From assembly GCA_002747055.1 (NCBI GenBank), contig PDSQ01000028.1, forward strand, positions 17,516 to 81,515: a stretch of 64,000 nucleotides of DNA, given 5' to 3'. The notes under the pieces were generated by a model that saw only the letters and a program-made list of their open reading frames with translations, ran no database searches and was not told the DNA's origin. How positions within the stretch are numbered: the first letter of the stretch is position 1; the number at the start of each line of letters is the position of its first letter. The stretch is from Gammaproteobacteria bacterium (lineage in GTDB: Bacteria > Pseudomonadota > Gammaproteobacteria > Pseudomonadales > Oleiphilaceae). The translations under genes and the position numbers were made by a program. This document shows, in pieces, positions 1 through 8,901 of this stretch.

Positions 1-1819
1 TGGCAAAAACGGCTATGAAGCCTGGCTGCAAGGAGTGAGCGCCAATCGGGTACTGGTATTGATCGACGGAGAACCGGTTGCCAAAAGCACCGGTTCTACC
101 ACTGATCTGTCACAAATCGGAACCGCCAATATCGATCATATCGAAGTGGTCAAGGGCGCCACCTCGGCTTTGTATGGCAGTGCGGCCATCGGTGGTGTCA
201 TCAACGTGATCACCCAGACGGAAAAGTCCCCGTTCAGTTACCTTTTGTCTGCTGATGCAGGCGGCTTCGGCGATCAGTCCCCGGAAGGCCAACCCTTGTC
301 TGACAGAAATGCCGCCGGACGGATTTCAGGTCAAATTGGCCACTGGCATTCACAACTTAACTTCAACCTGAGCGATTCAGAAGGCTGGCAAAGCAACCGA
401 AATAGCTGGTCTCAGGAAGGCCCAAGTGGTCACAGGCTGGATACAGGACTGGGCACCAGCTACAACCTGACCCCCAATCTGCCCAGCGGACTGATCACAC
501 AAGCGCAACTGATGGCCAACATCGCTTACTTCGAGGATGACAGTGAGTCACGTTATACCATCAATACCGGCGGCAAAGGTATCGATTACATCAAACGCGA
601 AGAGGTCTCCCGGATTCGCGTCAATGCCGGTTCGACAATGCGTTTTCAAGACCAGTCAGACCTGAAAATTCGTTACTACCACGAAAGCTTCGAAGACCAG
701 ACCTGGCAGGATGTCGCGATCACTCCGCAATCAGACCAAAGCAGAGCCGCCGAACTGACTTCACAAAATGTGTCCATGCAATACAACCGGTTTTATTCTG
801 ACAATCATATTTTCACACTGGGCGGCGAATGGTTCGAGGAAACGCTCGAACAACACCAGACTAAGATTGATGAAAGCGGCGATATAAAACACATTGTCGA
901 AATTCTGCCGGGCAGTGACCGTTCCAACACCGTGTTTTTCTTTCAGGATGATTTCTTTGCATCTGACTCGCTGGAATTGTTACCAGGATTTCGCTATCAG
1001 TATGACAGTGATTTTGGCAGCTATTTGGCCCCCAAACTGAGTGTCCGATATGCACTGGCTTCGGAAGGCCAGGCGCAACAGCATCTCCGTCTGGGTATCG
1101 GCAGAGGCTATCGGGTACCGGATCTAAAGGAGCGATATTTCGTCTTTGATCATAGTCACCTCGGTTATATGGTTCTCGGTAATCCTGATCTGGATCCTGA
1201 GTCCTCCAATAGTATTCAGCTCGGCTGGGCATTGGCCTGGCCAAATCACTACCAACTGGATATCAACCTGTTCCATAACTCACTAAAGAACCTGATCGAA
1301 ACCACCGTCGATGCAACCGCCTCACAGCGACAAGGCTTGCTGATCAACCGTTACAGCAATATCAGTCGGGCTACGACGCAAGGAGTCGAGATTTCGGCAA
1401 TTGGCCTGATTAAACAGATTCAGCTAATCAAGAGTGATATCAAATATACACTCGGCTACACCTATCTCGACGCCGAAGATGAAAAAACAGGCAAGACCTT
1501 GCCGAAAAGGCCTGAACATCTGATAAAAGCGAGCATCGACCTCAACCCCTACGCCGGCCCACTCACGCTAAGTGTTACCGGAGAGTGGCAAAGTGATGCC
1601 TATTATGATCAGGACAATGCACTGACCTCTCCGGCATACAGTGTATTCGACATCAAAGCCAACTATCGGATGATCGATGGCATAACCCTTTATGCCGGCA
1701 TTGACAACCTGTCCGACACCCAGAAAGATGTCAAGAAACGTCATGATCTTCGCCCAGAAGCCGGGCGTTTTATCTATGCCGGGATTCGCTTCACCGGAAC
1801 CCAAAAAGCTACCGATTGA
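1..1819 (+). CDS. TonB-dependent outer-membrane receptor (heme/hemin type), 5'-truncated by the window edge
   Basis: Plug motif 'IDHIEVVKGATSALYGSAAIGGVINVIT', NPxL-like 'GNPDLDPE', C-terminal 'GRFIYAGIRF'; followed by HmuY and HemS. The frame is open to the window start. Confidence 0.9.
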   Translation, partial: GKNGYEAWLQGVSANRVLVLIDGEPVAKSTGSTTDLSQIGTANIDHIEVVKGATSALYGSAAIGGVINVITQTEKSPFSYLLSADAGGFGDQSPEGQPLSDRNAAGRISGQIGHWHSQLNFNLSDSEGWQSNRNSWSQEGPSGHRLDTGLGTSYNLTPNLPSGLITQAQLMANIAYFEDDSESRYTINTGGKGIDYIKREEVSRIRVNAGSTMRFQDQSDLKIRYYHESFEDQTWQDVAITPQSDQSRAAELTSQNVSMQYNRFYSDNHIFTLGGEWFEETLEQHQTKIDESGDIKHIVEILPGSDRSNTVFFFQDDFFASDSLELLPGFRYQYDSDFGSYLAPKLSVRYALASEGQAQQHLRLGIGRGYRVPDLKERYFVFDHSHLGYMVLGNPDLDPESSNSIQLGWALAWPNHYQLDINLFHNSLKNLIETTVDATASQRQGLLINRYSNISRATTQGVEISAIGLIKQIQLIKSDIKYTLGYTYLDAEDEKTGKTLPKRPEHLIKASIDLNPYAGPLTLSVTGEWQSDAYYDQDNALTSPAYSVFDIKANYRMIDGITLYAGIDNLSDTQKDVKKRHDLRPEAGRFIYAGIRFTGTQKATD

Positions 1820-1847
1820 CACCCATTCACCGACAATGAGCAAATAC

Positions 1848-3053
1848 ATGAAACCCATACGACACAATACGAAAACCCTTCACCCATTGACACTATCTGC
1901 CGTGACTGCGGCTACACTGGTTTTGTCCGGATGTGGCGGCAGTAGCAGCGACGATAACGATCGGCCATCGGTCACACCCGACCCTTCTGACAACACTAAC
2001 TCGTTTCAGGAGTCCATGCTGGATGCAACCTCTTACACCGACTACACCTACTTTAACCTGGATACCGGGAAAACAGTGGATCTGTCGCCTGAAGCAGCCA
2101 AGTCGGATCTGACCTGGCATATAGGATTTCGTCGCAACGAAGTTATTCTCAATGGCGGCGCTTCCGGTGCAGGCAATGTCAGCGCGGCATTGGTTGCCGA
2201 TCAAAACGACTTTTACGATAGTGAAGGAGAGGCTCTGGCAAACGTGTTTTTAAACGCAACCAAAGAGTCTGAACTGGAACACCTACTGGCAGACGCTGAC
2301 ACAACCGGTCTGCAATATCAGCAAGACAAAATAGTCGCGGCAATCCGGGGAACAGGCACGATGGCCGGCGATTTGATGGATCTGGGCTGGTATTACTACA
2401 ACCCTGCCACACATGCCCTGTCGGCCAATCCCGATAACTGGTGGCTGCTTCGGTCGGCAGCCGGCAACAGCTACGCCAGGTTTCACTGTGAATCACTGGT
2501 TTTTAGCCCTCAAGAGGGTCTGACTGCCAGTTTTGCATTTGATATACAAAGTGCCGATACCAGCCAATTTGCAACCAGTGGCCTGTTCACAGCCAGTATT
2601 CCCGCAGGAGGAGGCAGCAGTTGTTTCGATTTCGATAGCGGAAATAGCGTCGACTGCTCCGATGCCACATGGGATCTGAAGCTGGAAATAGAAGGTCGTG
2701 ACTGGCATCTATGGATCAATGGCGGCAATTCTGGCAATGGCAAGGGCGGCGCATTCGGCCCATTTACCACTGCAGAGGCCAACGCCTATACCTCAGGGAA
2801 CCTGTCAGCCGAGGGCGTTTCAATCGACTCGCATTACACCCAGGATACCAGCGCAGGGCTGTTTCTGGATGCGCCCTGGTACGGCTATAACTTTCAAGGC
2901 AGGCATCAACTCTGGCCCAATTACCGGGTCTACATCATCGACACCGATACCACCGACCCGAATGCAAATCAATACAAGTTGCAGATCACCAACTACTACT
3001 CGGATGCGGGAGCCAGTGGCCACCCGAATATTCGGTACATCCAGAATCAATAA
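1848..3053 (+). CDS. hmuY: HmuY-family heme-binding lipoprotein with two HmuY-like domains
   Basis: Lipobox 'VLSGC' plus Ser-rich linker; two 'W(H/D)..F/L....NGG.SG.G' repeats; C-terminal 'YKLQITNYY'. Start probably 1836 or 1848 rather than 1692. Confidence 0.75.
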   Translation: MKPIRHNTKTLHPLTLSAVTAATLVLSGCGGSSSDDNDRPSVTPDPSDNTNSFQESMLDATSYTDYTYFNLDTGKTVDLSPEAAKSDLTWHIGFRRNEVILNGGASGAGNVSAALVADQNDFYDSEGEALANVFLNATKESELEHLLADADTTGLQYQQDKIVAAIRGTGTMAGDLMDLGWYYYNPATHALSANPDNWWLLRSAAGNSYARFHCESLVFSPQEGLTASFAFDIQSADTSQFATSGLFTASIPAGGGSSCFDFDSGNSVDCSDATWDLKLEIEGRDWHLWINGGNSGNGKGGAFGPFTTAEANAYTSGNLSAEGVSIDSHYTQDTSAGLFLDAPWYGYNFQGRHQLWPNYRVYIIDTDTTDPNANQYKLQITNYYSDAGASGHPNIRYIQNQ

Positions 3054-3086
3054 ACTCATCGGAATCCACAGTTGAGAGAATTTATC

Positions 3087-4154
3087 ATGAATACGACACC
3101 TCCAAATGAACTGAAAAAATCCTGGATGGAACTCAAGGCTGCTTCCCCGAACATACGTATTCGCAACGCAGCCGAAACGTTGGGCGTCAGCGAATACGAG
3201 CTACTGTTAACCGGTGTCGACGTCAACCTCACCCATCTCGAGGCAAGACACGGTGAGTTACTGCAAGCGCTGGAGGGCGTCGGCTCGGTGATGGCACTGA
3301 CCCGCAACGATCTTGCCGTGCATGAAAAGCACGGCACCTACACCAACTTCAAAGTAACCGGCAAAGGGGCGATGGGGATCTGCCTCGGTGCCATTGATTT
3401 GCGGGTATTCCTCAACCGCTGGCGCCATGCCGTCGCGGTGACCGATACCGGCGGCAAACAGACCCGCCATAGCATCCAGTTTTTCGATGCTCAGGGCAAT
3501 GCCCTGCACAAGGTCTATCAAACCGAAGCGACCAATCAGTCCGCCTGGGAAAACCTGATCCGGTCATTCACTGCCGGTGATCAGGAACCTCAGTTTCAAA
3601 GTCAGCCCATCGAGCCTGAACAAACTGACTCTGAAAAAACTGAGAGCGGCCAGCTACCTACTCGGGAAGCAGTCAGGGAAGAATGGCAGTCGTTAAAAGA
3701 CGTGCACCATTTCAATGCCATGCTAAAACGCCTGGGCATCGATCGCTACCAGGCCTTGCAACTTGTCGGTGAGGACTACGCAAAACAGTTACCGATCGAG
3801 TCAGCCGAAAAAACACTGCAAATGGCCCAACAACAGGGTTTGCCAATCATGGTATTTGTCGGCAATCGGGGGCTTGTCCAGATCCATACCGGCGTAATTG
3901 GCAAAGTGTTACGAACCGGCCCTTGGTTCAACGTGCTTGACCCTGATTTTAATCTGCACTTGAATACCGAGGCCATTTATTCCGTTTGGTCAGTTCGACG
4001 TCACACGTCCGATGGTATCGTTACCTCTGTTGAAATCTATAGCCGCACCAAGGAACTGATTACCACCTTGTTTGGGGAACGTAAACCCGGCCAGCCGGAA
4101 TCCGAGCAATGGCAGAAATTGATCAAAGAGATGGAAAAGGAGATGGATAGCTGA
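3087..4154 (+). CDS. hmuS: HemS/ChuS/HmuS heme utilisation protein
   Basis: 'RIRNAAETLGVSE', 'MALTRN..AVHE', 'IDLRVF', 'DVHHF', 'IMVFVGNRG.VQIH', 'FGERKPG'. Confidence 0.92.
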   Translation: MNTTPPNELKKSWMELKAASPNIRIRNAAETLGVSEYELLLTGVDVNLTHLEARHGELLQALEGVGSVMALTRNDLAVHEKHGTYTNFKVTGKGAMGICLGAIDLRVFLNRWRHAVAVTDTGGKQTRHSIQFFDAQGNALHKVYQTEATNQSAWENLIRSFTAGDQEPQFQSQPIEPEQTDSEKTESGQLPTREAVREEWQSLKDVHHFNAMLKRLGIDRYQALQLVGEDYAKQLPIESAEKTLQMAQQQGLPIMVFVGNRGLVQIHTGVIGKVLRTGPWFNVLDPDFNLHLNTEAIYSVWSVRRHTSDGIVTSVEIYSRTKELITTLFGERKPGQPESEQWQKLIKEMEKEMDS

Positions 4155-4170
4155 GTATTAACCCAAAACG

Positions 4171-5244
4171 ATGCGGCTATTAGTTAAAGCTGTCCATTTG
4201 CGAAGTATCCTCGTAACACAACTTGTACTGGCGTGTGTTTTAGGGGTGAAATGCGCGTGGACACAAGCCTCGTCAGCCAGTGCTCGCCCCGCACATCATA
4301 CCGATGATGGCTTCAAGAATCCGTACCTTAGTGTCGATAAACCCTCATCCTGGGCATTTATCAAAGCCTGGCTGACTGGCGAAATGGACTTTCCCGATGT
4401 GCCGGATGATTACCGTCAACACTGGCAAATGGCCGACAAAGCGCTGCTGCACAAACCTGCGCTCGAGCCAAGGGCCACCCTTCTGGGACATGCCAGCGTA
4501 TTGTTGCAATACGATTCACTCAATATTCTTACCGATCCGGTATTTTCCGAACGAGCATCGCCCTTTTCATTTATCGGCCCCAAACGCTATACCCCCGTGG
4601 CTCTGGCCTGGCCTGACTTACCGGCCATTGATATCGTCGTAATCTCCCACAATCACTATGATCATCTGGATGTCGATACGGTACGGCGTCTGGGTAACAA
4701 GCCATTGTGGATTGTTCCATTGGGAATCAAAGCATGGCTGGCCGATCAGGATATCGATAACGCCATCGAGCTGGACTGGTGGCAATCCTATCAGGTGGGT
4801 GAACTCAAGGTCATGGCAACACCGTCCCAACACTGGTCAAGACGCGCCTGGCTGGACGCCAACGAAACCCTGTGGGCTTCCTGGGCTTTTATCTGGCCGG
4901 ATTTTACCGCTTGGTTTGGTGGCGATACCGGTTATAACGAAGTGCAGTTCAAGGAAATTGGCCACAAACTGGGGAAAGTCGATCTGGCAATGATTCCGAT
5001 TGGGGCGTATGAGCCACGCTGGTTTATGAAAAATCAGCACGTCAACCCCGAAGAGGCGGTGCGAATTTTTCAAGACATCAATGCCAGGCATGCCTTTGGC
5101 ATTCACTGGAACACCTTTGTACTCACTACCGAACCGGTAGCACAACCACCGATCAGGTTACAAAGCGCCCTGGTTCGGCAAGGCATCGATGCAGCACGTT
5201 TTAAAGCCATAAACATTGGCGCCACATGGCAAGCAGGTGATTGA
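4171..5244 (+). CDS. Exported MBL-fold metallo-hydrolase (NAPE-PLD/RomA-like)
   Basis: HxHxDH 'SHNHYDH', 'TDPVFSERASP', 'GDTGY', 'PIGAYEPRWFM', 'IHWNTF'; hydrophobic N-terminus. Confidence 0.88.
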   Translation: MRLLVKAVHLRSILVTQLVLACVLGVKCAWTQASSASARPAHHTDDGFKNPYLSVDKPSSWAFIKAWLTGEMDFPDVPDDYRQHWQMADKALLHKPALEPRATLLGHASVLLQYDSLNILTDPVFSERASPFSFIGPKRYTPVALAWPDLPAIDIVVISHNHYDHLDVDTVRRLGNKPLWIVPLGIKAWLADQDIDNAIELDWWQSYQVGELKVMATPSQHWSRRAWLDANETLWASWAFIWPDFTAWFGGDTGYNEVQFKEIGHKLGKVDLAMIPIGAYEPRWFMKNQHVNPEEAVRIFQDINARHAFGIHWNTFVLTTEPVAQPPIRLQSALVRQGIDAARFKAINIGATWQAGD

Positions 5245-5279
5245 TTTCGTTAACCGGTTTTGATGGCAATGCGAAGAAA

Positions 5280-5486
5280 TCAGCAGCGAAAACCCTTATC
5301 CTCTTTGCGCTTTTTACACTCTTTCTCGATATTACTGCATCTTTGAGCACCGGCCCCGGAATACCCCCCTTTAGCGCATTCCCGATAAGCACGTTGCAGA
5401 TCATAGTTACTGAGGCTTGAAAACCTTGATCCACTCTCACAGGCACTTATAGTGACCAATACTATTGTCAGTAAAACTCGCTTCAT
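5280..5486 (-). CDS. Small Cys-rich lipoprotein, unknown function
   Basis: 'MKRVLLTIVLVTISAC' lipobox, four further Cys, GAGG RBS upstream. Confidence 0.65.
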   Translation of the reverse strand: MKRVLLTIVLVTISACESGSRFSSLSNYDLQRAYRECAKGGYSGAGAQRCSNIEKECKKRKEDKGFRC

Positions 5487-5678
5487 ATCGCCTCATTCAG
5501 GTGAACACTGTTCACTATTCATCTCTAACTGATACCTAAGTCAAGTCTAGGTCTGTTATTTATGTCCTGCAAGTCACGACTTCAAGGGGAAGTCCGGACA
5601 GCGGCAACTACCATGTAACGAGTTCAGCAGGATAAGTAGAGGAATCGGCACTATAGACCTTTTCTGGAATTTAACCCA

Positions 5679-5756
5679 TTATCTTGAAACCACAACTTCA
5701 TCCAGTCTCTGTCGCAGACTGTCTATACGGGCAAGCAAGGTGTCCAGTTCAGCCAT
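5679..5756 (-). pseudogene. 25-codon stub resembling the N-terminus of a Fic-family protein
   Basis: Reads MAELDTLLARIDSLRQRLDEVVVSR*. The ATG overlaps the TGA of a mod-like tail (TGATG), with AGGAG upstream. The Fic resemblance is from recall only. Confidence 0.45.
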
Positions 5757-5813
5757 CACAAACTCCTGACATGAAGTATACCGTTCTGCTCAAGAATGGC
5801 GGCCATATTGGTT
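5756..5813 (-). repeat. Diverged direct-repeat copy of the last 58 bp of mod (11948-12005)
   Basis: 52/58 identical by manual alignment; encodes TNMAAILEQNGILHVRSL* versus TNMVAILERNGITHVRSL* in Mod. Confidence 0.9.
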
Positions 5814-6097
5814 AAGGCAGGCAACATTCACCTCGCGAATTTGGCCTGAAAAGTGATAAATTTCATCGAACAAACAAGCATGAACAAAGGCCAGTCCGGT
5901 AAAAACCGAAACCGCCGGCATACCGAAAAACGACAACGCATTACGCAAGCCCCTGGTATAGCTGATCTCGGGAAAAATGGCTAACGCTTAAAAATTGTAG
6001 TTTACCCGTCGATTATTGGTTGGTAAGGACAATATAAAAGTCTATGATGGTTCCAAGTCACCTATATTGCGGATAAGCGCTTTTGGAGGAATAAAAA

Positions 6098-6451
6098 GTG
6101 ATACTCTTTATATTGAACAATCAACCTTACGATGGCAGCGACAAGACTTATAACGCCTTAAGACTGATAAAAAACGTGCATCAAAAGGGTGAAGAAGTCA
6201 ACGTCTTCTTGATGAGCGATGCCGTTGATCTGGCAAGAGAGGCAACACAAAAACCAGACTTTTATGACTATGATTTAGTAGCGATGCTAAAAGCATTATA
6301 TGACGATGGCGCCGACTTGAAAGTGTGTGGCACTTGTATGGCAAGATGTGGAATAAACAAAAACCAACCTTACTTTAGCGATGATGTAAAAGGCACAATG
6401 GATATTTTAGGCGATTGGACAATAGCAGCGACAAAAGTTGTGACATTTTAG
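6098..6451 (+). CDS. DsrE/YchN-family protein
   Basis: 'ILFILNNQPYDGS..YNALRL', 'FLMSDAV', 'VCGTCMARCG'; strong GGAGG RBS; AT-rich. Confidence 0.85.
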   Translation: MILFILNNQPYDGSDKTYNALRLIKNVHQKGEEVNVFLMSDAVDLAREATQKPDFYDYDLVAMLKALYDDGADLKVCGTCMARCGINKNQPYFSDDVKGTMDILGDWTIAATKVVTF

Positions 6452-6580
6452 TAGACTCTGTAATAAGCTGTCTTTGCACAACCCGGCCTTTGTTTTGTTC
6501 TAGCCATGACTTGTGGACTCGCTAAGCAGAGGCGTGTTTTGTCGTTGCCTGATTCGTTTTCCCGCTAAGCGTCGAGGTCT

Positions 6581-7288
6581 TTATCGCTTACTTTGAATTT
6601 GCCTGAACTCATCACTGGCTTTCAATGCATTGACCACTGACTCTCTCGGGATACCAGATTTTAGAATGCTTCGGTAAAACTCCAACCCGCCGGGATCGGC
6701 GTCACGCTGCAAAACAGTGGCGAATGCCGTTTTAATAAAGTCTTCATCACTCTCCTGGTAGTACATAAGATCGCAGCGTTTTGACATTATCTTCTTTGCT
6801 ATGACATGGAATAACCACTCATCCTTTACGCAAATAGATTCAACCTGAAAACCGGCTTCGCTCAGGTAGTGAACCAGTAGTTCTTCTGTAAAACCAATAT
6901 AATGAAAGTCTCCAACATAGTTTTGAGTGCCGAACAGGTTACCAAGCAATCTTTCCTGGTTCTCAATAGGCCGGTTTTCAGGCTTCTGAAACAGCTTGAA
7001 TATTCCAATGATATCCGGAACCTGAATTTCCAGTTTGCCGCCAATACACAGAACCCGATTCCACTCTATAAGGGTGTTTTGACACTTTGATTTAGGCAAG
7101 TGCTCGAGAATATCCTGGGCAAGGATATAATCATAATAATCATCCGGTAGTGGCTTGAGGACTGAAACATCACACACCAAATCCGGGGCATGGCAATCAT
7201 TTAAATCGACATTGACAAAACCTTCCTTTCTATCTAACCCTGCACCAAGATTCAGTTTTTTAGGGTACGCGGTGAAATCAAACTCCAT
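6581..7288 (-). CDS. SAM-dependent methyltransferase with C-terminal DUF4214-like domain
   Basis: 'KLNLGAG', 'DILEHL', 'EWNRVL..GG.L.I.VPD'; C-terminal 'FIKTAFATVLQRDADPGGLEFY...KASDEF'. Confidence 0.8.
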   Translation of the reverse strand: MEFDFTAYPKKLNLGAGLDRKEGFVNVDLNDCHAPDLVCDVSVLKPLPDDYYDYILAQDILEHLPKSKCQNTLIEWNRVLCIGGKLEIQVPDIIGIFKLFQKPENRPIENQERLLGNLFGTQNYVGDFHYIGFTEELLVHYLSEAGFQVESICVKDEWLFHVIAKKIMSKRCDLMYYQESDEDFIKTAFATVLQRDADPGGLEFYRSILKSGIPRESVVNALKASDEFRQIQSKR

Positions 7289-7576
7289 ATAAAACCCTGT
7301 ATCGAACAATCGCCAAAACTTGATTATACCTTATCTTTCGCGTAGGTGGCGATAGCGAAGAATAAACCGGCCACCACTGCAATAACGCTTTTTATCATCA
7401 GTCATACTCCTTAATTTGCGGCCACGTATAACACACAAGGCGCAGAAAACAAAGGTAGCTGGGGCCTACCCCGGCGGTTGCTATCGCAAAGAAAATAGTT
7501 TAAATATGCCTGTCATTCGCTTTATTCAAGCCGTGACTGATTCCAGTTTCAGTAAGGATCAAAAGAGGGATAGCCC

Positions 7577-8887
7577 ATGAACAAAATCTACCCGAGCACT
7601 CTTGTTGCGTTGCTGGCCTTGCAAATGGCGGGCTGCAATCCACCAGCGTCAACCCAGCCAACCACATCGAAATGGTACCAAACCGAAGCCAAAATTGAAT
7701 CCGCCACCGAACTGAGCGACGCTATGTACGCTTACAGCCTGAGTTATCCCGCTACGGCAAGCACGGCGGTCAACGAAGCAGGAGCGCCTATTGTCGGCCC
7801 CATCGTACAAAATGTATTCGGCCTGACTTACCTGCCGAAAACCGGCCAGACGCTGACTATCGAGTATCGTACCGACGAACCCTTGCTATACCGAATTGTT
7901 CGACCCTGGGGCAATGCTGATCAAGCGGCCGCCGTTGCGGGTGTCTATACCTACGGGCACGAGGTGGAAGCCTTTATGCCGTGCAACCTCGACAAGGACT
8001 ATTGGATCACCGGACAGGGAGCGGTATTGAATACGCTGAAAGAAGCCAGCCTTGCCAAATCCAAACAACTGAAAAAACCTTACCAGGGCATTTATGCAGA
8101 ACTGCGTCTGGCGCTGTTACCCGAAGCGGAAGACGGCTTTGCCGCCGATTATGATGGTGTTGTCGAAGCGCTCGAAGTCAAAACCTGGGCCAACGATATT
8201 CCTGAAGACTGTTTAACGGCGGCATCAGCCAATTCTAAACCCGCCACCCCTGCAATCGATGAACATTCGTCCCGAAACAGTCTGGATTGGAATGGCTATT
8301 ATTTCGGCTCGATTCCCTGCGCCAGTTGCCCGCAAATTGACCGCTGGCTTGAACTGAAACAACTGGGCGAATCCACCAAAGTCGAACTGTTTGATATCTA
8401 TCGGGGGAGCGATGAGCTGGTTGCCGAGCTGTCCGCGACCGCAGATTGGACTAAAGATGGCGGTTCTATTGTAATACCCGATAATGATAGCAAGCCGTTA
8501 CGGTTTCTCGTCGGAGAGAGTGCACTTATGCAATATGCAGAGGGGGAAGCACCGGTGGCTCAGTACAGACTGCATAAAATGTTGCACTACAGCGACGACA
8601 AAATGGCCGTCTTCACAGACCGAAGCCACCTGCTTGGCTTGCACGGCAACGGTGAGTTCGAAGTTGTGGTTAACTACAAAACGCAACGCCAGACAGAAGT
8701 AAAATCGGCACGCATGCAAGTCACGGTGGACTGTGGCCAAGGCACCTATACAACGGCAAAAACCATCGGTTACTCCGGCCTGTTTGCGTCAGGGTCGATG
8801 GTACAAAAAACGGATACCAACCATGTAACCCATCCGCTTACAGATAAAACCGCTTTGGCAATGACAGCGTTGGAAGCCTGTAACTAG
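7577..8887 (+). CDS. Multidomain lipoprotein with an NlpE/CutF-like CxxC domain
   Basis: Lipobox 'MAGC'; 'HSSRNSLDWNGYYFGSIPCASCPQI' is the NlpE N-domain signature. Confidence 0.75.
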   Translation: MNKIYPSTLVALLALQMAGCNPPASTQPTTSKWYQTEAKIESATELSDAMYAYSLSYPATASTAVNEAGAPIVGPIVQNVFGLTYLPKTGQTLTIEYRTDEPLLYRIVRPWGNADQAAAVAGVYTYGHEVEAFMPCNLDKDYWITGQGAVLNTLKEASLAKSKQLKKPYQGIYAELRLALLPEAEDGFAADYDGVVEALEVKTWANDIPEDCLTAASANSKPATPAIDEHSSRNSLDWNGYYFGSIPCASCPQIDRWLELKQLGESTKVELFDIYRGSDELVAELSATADWTKDGGSIVIPDNDSKPLRFLVGESALMQYAEGEAPVAQYRLHKMLHYSDDKMAVFTDRSHLLGLHGNGEFEVVVNYKTQRQTEVKSARMQVTVDCGQGTYTTAKTIGYSGLFASGSMVQKTDTNHVTHPLTDKTALAMTALEACN

Positions 8888-8901
8888 ACTGCTTGAGTCC
8901 A

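Noticed and set aside
5245-8900. Integron cassette array
   Set aside because: Genes are in mixed orientation, with no recurring attC-like repeats and no intI.
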